From NCBI GenBank assembly GCA_016188245.1, contig JACPIE010000013.1, positions 21,058-85,057 of the forward strand: a stretch of DNA of 64,000 nt, read 5' to 3'. A program made the translations under genes and the position numbers. Below the pieces are notes generated by a model, which did no database searches, was not told where the DNA came from, and saw only the letters and a list, made by a program, of their open reading frames with translations. Source of the DNA: Candidatus Woesearchaeota archaeon (GTDB lineage Archaea > Nanobdellota > Nanobdellia > Woesearchaeales > GW2011-AR4). Below are positions 17,825-25,082 of the stretch, piece by piece. Position 1 is the first letter of the stretch; every line of letters begins with the position of its first letter.

Positions 17825-18328
17825 TCAGAAATTTTCAGCCAAGTAAACAGCGTATGTTTTGCCTTTTGCCTCTCGTTTGACAAGGTTCTTCCTTTCAAAG
17901 CCTGTCAAGATCTGGCTGACTTTTGCCTTTGACAGGTCTGTCCTGTATTTAAGTGTTGACTGGGTGATGCCGTCCTGCTCCCTGATTGCCTTAAGCACTT
18001 TCTTTTCATTGTCGTCCAATGCCTTTAAAACTAAATCAAACTTGTCCCCCTCAAGTTTCATGTTCTTTTCTTCTTCCAGCCTTTTCATGATTGCTTCCTC
18101 GCTTGTGCTGAAGAACAGTAAGTAAACGCCCAGCGCGCCTATGAATGATATCAATCCGACTGCAACGTGGCTTAATCCAACCAATGACTCGACCCTTTGG
18201 CATTCATTTGTAGGGTAGCACTGCAGAGCAGCTGTCTGTTTGCCAAGAATCCCCATAAAGCCGAATGCAAGTATGCTTGCCAGTACGCTGAAAGACAAAA
18301 TCACGAATCCGAGCTTCTTGTTTTCCAT
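17825..18328 (-). CDS. membrane-anchored winged-helix regulator (MarR/TrmB-like)
   Basis: 167 aa. Two TM helices flank a Cys-containing loop. The C-terminus VLKAIREQDGITQSTLKYRTDLSKAKVSQILTGFERKNLV is a wHTH. Confidence 0.65.
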   Translation of the reverse strand: MENKKLGFVILSFSVLASILAFGFMGILGKQTAALQCYPTNECQRVESLVGLSHVAVGLISFIGALGVYLLFFSTSEEAIMKRLEEEKNMKLEGDKFDLVLKALDDNEKKVLKAIREQDGITQSTLKYRTDLSKAKVSQILTGFERKNLVKREAKGKTYAVYLAENF

Positions 18329-18346
18329 TTTATTGTATTTGAAAGA

Positions 18347-18366
18347 TATATACTTTAAAGTATATA
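18347..18366. promoter_or_regulatory. 20-bp perfect palindrome TATATACTTTAAAGTATATA
   Basis: Read directly from the sequence. Lies 19 nt upstream of the ATG at 18328 and contains TATA-like sequence in both orientations. Confidence 0.5.
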
Positions 18367-18423
18367 AAGTTATTGTGATTTGATGTCCTAGGAAATTGCT
18401 ATCGAGAAAGTTTAAATTATTGC

Positions 18424-20127
18424 TTAAGGCGATTCTACCCTATCATCTGTTCTTGGAGATTGCATTTCAATGCTCGATGATTTGACTTTATCTTTTTTTT
18501 CTTCTGCTATTCTCCTTTTTTCTGCTGCCCTTTCCGCTTGTTTTGCTCTTCTGGCACTTTCTTGTTCTAATCTTCTTTCCTTATGCTCTTTCATTTCCGA
18601 ATCATTGATATCTTTTCTTAATTGAGCCGCAGCTTCATGCGATTCAGGTGTGGACAAGTTATCCAATGTCTTTGCTGCGTACTCGGCAGCTTTTAAATCA
18701 CCTAACTTGACAAGCATTGTTCCATTATTTTTCACGCGTCTTGAATATTGCAGCAATAAACCATCAACTATGAATTCTGAGTGCCTTCCGTCAGTTGTGA
18801 CAGTTCTAAAAATATATCCATGCTCTAATCCGCCATGTCGATTATTTGTAATATGGTACAACATCTCATCTATGCCTCCTTGTATTTCCCCTTGAGGCAA
18901 ATAAAGGAAGCCCATCACACGAACTGAGTATACCCATCCGCCCTTGTGTCGCTCGTATCTTGAATTTTCGTTTGTTATTCCTGGTCTTTCTATGAAAACT
19001 TTATGTGCTTTTTGTATAGCATTGTATAATGGAAGCTGTTCAAAATTAACTGCTGCTGATGTTGCTCCTTCTGAACTGGAATACATCTTCCCTTGATTTG
19101 ATTGTTCATAGCCAATTTTTGGTTCTAATTCTTTTGGTAATCGATTGTCGGCTTTTCCAGTTGTTGAAGGTGGATTATTGGCCAATCCAGATAGGTTTGT
19201 AGATATACCATTATGTTCATTATTTGCAGATGCAATTCGTACTTCTAAAACAGAATCTGGATTTGTTCCTTTAGTATCTGGCTCATGCCCTAATTCAGAT
19301 GGAAATACCGCAAGCAATGGGTCCAATTGAGGTACTGGATATTGAAAGGCAGCTGTTTTTGGTTTCGATATTTTTTTTTGCAAAGTGCTTTTTACGGATT
19401 GGGTATTTTTCCTATTTGGTGATTGTGGGGCACCTCCATTAGTCTCTGAATAAACTGGTCTAGAAGTGGCAGTATATGTGGTTTTCCCGTCATTGCCTTG
19501 TGGAGGGTATCCGTTAAAATTAGCCGCTGCTGGACTGATATATGCAAAAAAAACACCTGCTACAGCTACTCCTGCCGCCCATTTTGTCAATCTGCTTCCT
19601 GCCAAATAAGAAATAACTCCTGTACGACTAGGTTTTGCATGGGAATCTTGGGCATTTGGTCCGCTATATTTTGGACGTTTTGATATTGGCACTACATTGC
19701 TTGGAACACTTGCTTGTGCGTTTTGACCATAGCTCGGCTTTAATCCTCGGTATGCCTCTCCATTTTCGTCTTTAACGCCGGGTTGAAATTTTTGGCCAAA
19801 TCCTGCTTTACGCGCATCAACATACTGGCGCATTAATTGGAATGCTTGCTCATTTAATGCCTCTCCCCGTGGATTTATATTAGAATTGGCAAGCATACTT
19901 TCCAAGGCTTTTTCATGTGAGCCACTATAAAACTTTCTAACATCATAGCCATGAACAAACTTTCTTGCAAACAAATCAGCTTTGCCATCATCCATGCCCA
20001 ATGCAGAAGCCAATTTACTTCGCATTTCAAGCGGATTATAGGTTATACCTGCCTCTCCTTTGTTTACCTGTGTTGCCGGTCCGCCGGCTGCTCTGCCAAC
20101 ATAATTGCTTACAAACATAGTATTCAT
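18424..20127 (-). CDS. orphan 567-aa protein with one central TM helix and a C-terminal charged coiled coil
   Basis: Long ORF rich in N, Q, G, S and P, unlike the K/I/L/E-rich neighbours. TM helix WAAGVAVAGVFFAYISPAAA. C-terminal ERRLEQESARRAKQAERAAEKRRIAEEKK. No family recognised. Confidence 0.6.
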   Translation of the reverse strand: MNTMFVSNYVGRAAGGPATQVNKGEAGITYNPLEMRSKLASALGMDDGKADLFARKFVHGYDVRKFYSGSHEKALESMLANSNINPRGEALNEQAFQLMRQYVDARKAGFGQKFQPGVKDENGEAYRGLKPSYGQNAQASVPSNVVPISKRPKYSGPNAQDSHAKPSRTGVISYLAGSRLTKWAAGVAVAGVFFAYISPAAANFNGYPPQGNDGKTTYTATSRPVYSETNGGAPQSPNRKNTQSVKSTLQKKISKPKTAAFQYPVPQLDPLLAVFPSELGHEPDTKGTNPDSVLEVRIASANNEHNGISTNLSGLANNPPSTTGKADNRLPKELEPKIGYEQSNQGKMYSSSEGATSAAVNFEQLPLYNAIQKAHKVFIERPGITNENSRYERHKGGWVYSVRVMGFLYLPQGEIQGGIDEMLYHITNNRHGGLEHGYIFRTVTTDGRHSEFIVDGLLLQYSRRVKNNGTMLVKLGDLKAAEYAAKTLDNLSTPESHEAAAQLRKDINDSEMKEHKERRLEQESARRAKQAERAAEKRRIAEEKKDKVKSSSIEMQSPRTDDRVESP

Positions 20128-20334
20128 GGAAATAATGCCCCTTTATAAAGTTTACTATTTTCAAGGGGTAACAATATGGAAGATAAGGCGTCTATCATGC
20201 CGATTTCAACAATATTCAGAAGTATATCAAAAGCAAATGCCGGAGCATATAAATATCTAACGAAAACAATTTGCAGAGGGTGAGCAGTAAAGATTTAAAA
20301 ACAGCAGAAAATAACCTCTTGCTCAGATTGAATA

Positions 20335-22317
20335 ATGAAATCCAAAAAAAAGTTTTACATAACTGCGGCAATTCCTTACACAAATTCAGCGCCGCATCTG
20401 GGGCATGCCCTTGAAATAATCCAGGCAGACTCGTTTGCGCGCTTTAACAGGCTCCTTGGCAAAGATGTCCGTTTTCAGGTTGGCACAGATGAGCACGGCT
20501 TGAAGAACTGGGAAACTGCAAAAAAGCATGGAAAGGAGATTATGGAATTTCTTGATGAGAATGTATCACTTTTCAAGAAGTTGTACAATGGCCTGAACAT
20601 TTCCTATGATGGCTTCATCAGGACAACAGACAGGAAAAATCATTATCCGGGGGCAATAAAGCTATGGGAAGAGCTTGTAAAAAGCGGAGATATCTATAAA
20701 AAAAAGTACAATGGCGTTTACTGCACCGGATGCGAGGCTTTCAAGGCTGAAAGGGAGTTGGAAAGCGGAAAATGCCCAAATCATCCGACGAGGGAGCTCC
20801 AGATTATAGAGGAGGAGAACTATTTTTTCAGGCTTTCCAAGTACAGCGGGAAAGTAAGCAAGATAATAGAGTCGGACAAATACAAGGTGGTTCCAAATAT
20901 AAGAAAGAATGAAATCCTGTCGTTTCTCAAGATAGCAAATGACATCAGTTTTTCAAGGCCGAAGGCTTCCCTGCCATGGGGAATCCCTGTTCCAGATGAC
21001 GACAGCCACAATATGTATGTATGGTGCGATGCCTTATCGAATTATATAACTGCTATTGGGTATGGCAGGGACGAAAAAAGCTTTAAGCAGTTTTGGCCGG
21101 CAGACGTGCATGTCATAGGCAAGGATATCCTGAGGTTTCATGCAGCTTTCTGGCCTGCAATGCTCATATCGGCTAAAATTCCGCTGCCAAAAAAGCTGTT
21201 TATCCATGGATTCATATTGTCCAAAGGGACAAAAATGGGAAAATCCACAGGCAATATAATCGAGCCATTTGGGCAAATTGAAAGATACGGGGTTGACCAG
21301 TTCAGGTTTTACATCCTTGGGGCAATGCCCCTCGAGAGTGACGGGGAATATTCTGAAGAATTGCTGAAGGAAAGGATAAACAACGAGCTGGCAGGAAATT
21401 TTGGAAATTTTTGCTACAGGGTCCTGAATTTTTTGAATAAGAATTTTAATGGGGTTATTGAAGGCATCGACAAAAATGAAAATGTTATAGCCGAATTAAA
21501 CAGCAGGATAGCCAAAACAAGGGAGCATTATGAAAATTTTAATTTCAGCCTGGCGATAAGCGAAATTCTTATGATCTCCCATATCGGCAATAAGTACTTC
21601 CAGGACAATGAGCCGTGGAAATTAATGAAGGATGATAAGAAAAAAACCCATGAGATTTTGGGGCTATGCGCCAATATAGCCAAGAATTTGGCCATTTTGA
21701 TTGAGCCTGTCATGCCTGATTTTTCTGCAAATCTGCAAAATCAATTAAACGTTAAAAATCTAAGATGGGAAGACATAAATTTTGAATTAAAAAATCACAA
21801 GATTGGGAAAGACGAGATTCTGGTCAAAAAGATAGAAAAAAAAGATGAGCAGCCAAAATTTCCGCTTGATTTAAAAGTTGCAAAAATATTGGAAGCCAGG
21901 GGGCATCCAAATGCCGACAAGCTTTACGTTCTGGATATTGATTTGGGCAGCGAGAAAAGGCAGCTTGTTGCGGGCATAAAGCCTTATTATTCCCCTGAAG
22001 AGCTGAAAAACAAGAAGATAATTGTTGTTGCAAACCTCAAATATGCAAAATTAAGGGGTGTTGAAAGCCAGGGCATGCTTTTAGCAGGAGACGACGGCAA
22101 TGGCCCGGGCTTGCTGGCTGTTGAGCAAAGCAATCCGGGCGACAAAGTGTATTTTGAAGGCTTTGAAAATAAAACTGAGCAGGCTGCTTACGAGGAATTC
22201 GCAAAAATAGGCATGATTGTCAAAAACGGCAGAGTTTATTTTGAGGGCAAGGAGCTCAAGACTGAAAAGGAAATTGTAAAAGTTGAAAGGGCAAAAGACG
22301 GGGCAAGGGTCAGGTAG
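20335..22317 (+). CDS. metG: methionyl-tRNA synthetase with C-terminal Trbp111/EMAPII-type tRNA-binding domain
   Basis: 660 aa. HIGH motif (APHLGHA), KMSKS motif (KMGKSTGN), a zinc knuckle (CTGCEAF...CPNH) and a C-terminal VAKILEARGHPNADKLYVLDIDLG. Ends in TAG. Confidence 0.95.
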   Translation: MKSKKKFYITAAIPYTNSAPHLGHALEIIQADSFARFNRLLGKDVRFQVGTDEHGLKNWETAKKHGKEIMEFLDENVSLFKKLYNGLNISYDGFIRTTDRKNHYPGAIKLWEELVKSGDIYKKKYNGVYCTGCEAFKAERELESGKCPNHPTRELQIIEEENYFFRLSKYSGKVSKIIESDKYKVVPNIRKNEILSFLKIANDISFSRPKASLPWGIPVPDDDSHNMYVWCDALSNYITAIGYGRDEKSFKQFWPADVHVIGKDILRFHAAFWPAMLISAKIPLPKKLFIHGFILSKGTKMGKSTGNIIEPFGQIERYGVDQFRFYILGAMPLESDGEYSEELLKERINNELAGNFGNFCYRVLNFLNKNFNGVIEGIDKNENVIAELNSRIAKTREHYENFNFSLAISEILMISHIGNKYFQDNEPWKLMKDDKKKTHEILGLCANIAKNLAILIEPVMPDFSANLQNQLNVKNLRWEDINFELKNHKIGKDEILVKKIEKKDEQPKFPLDLKVAKILEARGHPNADKLYVLDIDLGSEKRQLVAGIKPYYSPEELKNKKIIVVANLKYAKLRGVESQGMLLAGDDGNGPGLLAVEQSNPGDKVYFEGFENKTEQAAYEEFAKIGMIVKNGRVYFEGKELKTEKEIVKVERAKDGARVR

Positions 22318-23119
22318 CTTTTAGGGCATTGTCCACTTCCTTTTCGCTATACCCTTCCCGGTAAAGGGCATCTTTTATCTGCTGCAGCGTAAATCCTTTC
22401 CCTATATTCTCCCCTATATAACTCTTCAATGAAAGAACCGTCTGGTTTTCTTTTCTCTTTCTGATGAATAAAAATGCCAAGACCGGTATGATTATAGCAA
22501 AACCAATTGCAATCCACAACAAATAATTCGGCTTTTCGCCAATCCCGGGTTCTTCATTGAATTCTTTTTTATCCTGAATTTTTGGCGGTATGCCCGATGA
22601 TTCACTCACATTTTTTTCAGTTTGGCAGTCTGAATCAAGCTTGGGAATGCAATCCGGATCGCAAATTCCTTCTTTAATCTGGTCGCAAAAATCATCTTTT
22701 GAGCCTGAACTGCAGTCTTTTGTGCAGCTTTCATGGCTTTCATGCCCTTCGCATTTGCTGTTGCCGCATGTGTCTGCAAACGAGCTTACATCTATGTCCA
22801 TCACTTTTGAATTCTTAAGATTATACATCTCAATCCTGGCGGCATTTTCGTCATAAGGAATGTAGATCAGGTAGTTCTTATTTTCAGGCATGTTGTAGTG
22901 CATTCTTCCAATATCTGAATTTTCAAAAGATACTGTTTTAATCAAAAATCCCGAGGTATCTGTAGATTTAACTGCCCTGTCAATTTCTTTCAGGTTGATG
23001 CTATTGAATGAAGCAGAATCTAGAATATTATTTACATTCAAAACGAAGTATTTCTCGGCATCTGCCGCACTGGCGAGCAAAAGCGCCAAAATTATGTGCA
23101 AGAACATTCTTTCTTTCAT
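22310..23119 (-). CDS. type I membrane protein with Cys-rich ectodomain and small cytoplasmic GY-helical tail domain
   Basis: 269 aa. Sec signal MFLHIILALLLASAADA, Cys-rich block CGNSKCEGHESHESCTKDCSS...CDPDCIP, then a TM helix, then SYIGENIGKGFTLQQIKDALYREGYSEKEVDNAL. Confidence 0.6.
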   Translation of the reverse strand: MKERMFLHIILALLLASAADAEKYFVLNVNNILDSASFNSINLKEIDRAVKSTDTSGFLIKTVSFENSDIGRMHYNMPENKNYLIYIPYDENAARIEMYNLKNSKVMDIDVSSFADTCGNSKCEGHESHESCTKDCSSGSKDDFCDQIKEGICDPDCIPKLDSDCQTEKNVSESSGIPPKIQDKKEFNEEPGIGEKPNYLLWIAIGFAIIIPVLAFLFIRKRKENQTVLSLKSYIGENIGKGFTLQQIKDALYREGYSEKEVDNALKAT

Positions 23120-24720
23120 TGTATTGTTGTGTTCAATAATACTTGGGCAAACGCCTTGTTTTTATTTTTGTCAACGGATTTGATTAAAAAATAATTTGTT
23201 CCGTTTGCCAGGTTTACAGCAACATTCTCTGCAGTTTCCTCATCAGCTGCATTGTTGAATACAAGTTGGTTATCCAGAAATACAGAGTTGTTTACAGGGT
23301 AGTTTATTGCTGAAACGCTGAACGATAAGTTAATGAAACTGGAGTTGTATGTGCCATTTTCCAATGTGTGCACCGTGATTTTTGGAGGCGTTGCAAAAGC
23401 GATTATATCGTCTGCAAGCTTTTTTGGAGTTATTGTATAGCTGCAGAAATCCGCAAAAGTTTCATTTAGCTCTTTGCTTGTTATATTCCGGTAGAATAAT
23501 GCCTGGGGATTCACCCTTATTATCCTGCTGCTTTCCATGATACAATATTCCTCATTGGGGTCCAAAACTATGAGCATGTCCTTCTTATTGCTGTATGCTG
23601 GGCAGGAGCTTGATGCAATGCTGGCCAAAGTCGGAATGTTAAAGTAAGAAAGAGACTGCTCAAGCCTGTAAATATTCAATTCCTTATTATTTTTTAAGTT
23701 GTCGGCTGAAAACAAAACGTTTAGGAAGTTCTGCACGTCTGTTTCAAATCTTTGGAAGCCGTAATCTTCGTAGTTTTGCGCCGCAAATATCATGCTGTGT
23801 TTTTTGCTGCTGTCCCATTCATTAACTATCGGCAGGCATTTGTTGTTTTTTAGCAGGGTTATGCTTTGGGTTTTGTTTATTGATTGTAGTATGCCGCCAG
23901 CATAGCTTACCATTATGTCCACATCAAATTTTTTGAACCCCTCAAAATCTTTTATTTTTGAGCTGAGCCAGTTGTTTCCGTATAAATTGTCATTTTTTGA
24001 GCCGTCATTATGGGAGCCGTCATCATACAATGCAATCGAGTCAACAGCATTTCCATTGTCTTTTATCTGTGCAATCACTGACGCAACATTTGTCTTGTCA
24101 TAAAGATAATATTGGATGCTGAAAGATGATTTGTAATAATCGGCATTGGATTTTGAATAGGAAAAGCCCGCTGCCTTGTTTTTTAGGTTATATCTTCTTG
24201 CCCCATATGACTTGTCTGTTATGTTCCTGCAGAACACCAGGTTGCTGCAATCCTTATTGATGCTCGTTCCATAGCCGCTGATGCAGTTTCCCTGAAGGTA
24301 ATTTGTCAGGCAGTACCCTTCTTTGTCTATGCAGCAGCCCACATTGCATTCTTCAAGCTCATTGCATTTTTTCCCTGCAACAAGCCCGCCATAGCATTCC
24401 GCCTTGGATGTTTGCCTGCATATGGAAGTGCAGCAGCCTTCGTCATTGCTGGCCGCAAATCCGGTTATTTGCTGTTCTTTGGTTTTTGCAGGGATTAAGT
24501 TAAATGCAAAAATCGAAAGCATAAACAATAGCGAAACAAAAATGGAATATGCTTTGACAAGCCTCAATTCTGAATGTTTTTTTAATAGCCCGTCAACATA
24601 GCCTTCATCGTAGCCGTGGCTTATTAAAACGTGCCTTATTGCATGCTTCGAATAGCCTTTGGCTGCATGCTCCCCTATGTAGCTCCTCAGCTTTTTATCT
24701 ATCCTTTTTTTGTTCAGCAT
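23116..24720 (-). CDS. type II membrane protein with N-terminal GY-helical domain and large Cys-rich ectodomain
   Basis: 534 aa. SYIGEHAAKGYSKHAIRHVLISHGYDEGYVDGLL, then a TM helix, then a Cys-rich extracellular part. Overlaps the downstream gene by 4 nt. Confidence 0.6.
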   Translation of the reverse strand: MLNKKRIDKKLRSYIGEHAAKGYSKHAIRHVLISHGYDEGYVDGLLKKHSELRLVKAYSIFVSLLFMLSIFAFNLIPAKTKEQQITGFAASNDEGCCTSICRQTSKAECYGGLVAGKKCNELEECNVGCCIDKEGYCLTNYLQGNCISGYGTSINKDCSNLVFCRNITDKSYGARRYNLKNKAAGFSYSKSNADYYKSSFSIQYYLYDKTNVASVIAQIKDNGNAVDSIALYDDGSHNDGSKNDNLYGNNWLSSKIKDFEGFKKFDVDIMVSYAGGILQSINKTQSITLLKNNKCLPIVNEWDSSKKHSMIFAAQNYEDYGFQRFETDVQNFLNVLFSADNLKNNKELNIYRLEQSLSYFNIPTLASIASSSCPAYSNKKDMLIVLDPNEEYCIMESSRIIRVNPQALFYRNITSKELNETFADFCSYTITPKKLADDIIAFATPPKITVHTLENGTYNSSFINLSFSVSAINYPVNNSVFLDNQLVFNNAADEETAENVAVNLANGTNYFLIKSVDKNKNKAFAQVLLNTTIQ

Positions 24721-24859
24721 TTTTTATTATATTGACCAAGTTCCTTGATTTGCCTATGTACTTGACAACTTTCTGCCTGACCTTGCCGTTAATCCTGACG
24801 CTTTTTACAAGGTAGTAATAGCTCCTGTTGTTGATTTTTTTGACGCGTATGTATGCCAT
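24695..24859 (-). CDS. small basic protein (54 aa) with a YYYLVKS..NGKVRQK..KYIGK motif
   Basis: Not in the ORF track because it is under 60 aa. The ATG at 24857-24859 (minus) gives MAYIRVKKINNRSYYYLVKSVRINGKVRQKVVKYIGKSRNLVNIIKNAEQKKDR. A TATA-like atttaaatat lies about 25 nt upstream. First gene of the surface-protein string. Confidence 0.5.
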   Translation of the reverse strand: MAYIRVKKINNRSYYYLVKSVRINGKVRQKVVKYIGKSRNLVNIIKNAEQKKDR

Positions 24860-24866
24860 AAATTTG

Positions 24867-25080
24867 TTAGGCACTACTTACATATTTAAATCTTTTGAAT
24901 TTTTGTTTTTTGATAAATTTAGGCATTATTTATATATAATTTTTAGGCACTACTAAAAAATTATTATTTAAAAGGTATAATCAGATTTATTAGTTTAGGC
25001 ACTATAAAAACAGGAATATGGTGTTAGACACTACAAAATAAAGTATAAAATAATAAATCTTAACAATTTTTAGGCACTAC
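24867..25080 (+). repeat. array of six direct copies of the 11-mer TTAGGCACTAC (iteron-like)
   Basis: Exact copies at 24867, 24943 and 25070. One-mismatch copies at 24995 (TTAGGCACTAT) and 25024 (TTAGACACTAC). A two-mismatch copy at 24919 (TTAGGCATTAT). All share one orientation, and most are preceded by aattt. Confidence 0.7.
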
Positions 25081-25082
25081 AT

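Noticed and set aside
24867-25080. The 11-mer repeat array as a CRISPR array.
   Set aside because: The repeats are only 11 nt (16 nt with the A/T-rich lead-in). Spacing is irregular at 24-52 nt. There are no cas genes nearby. It lies in a promoter region.
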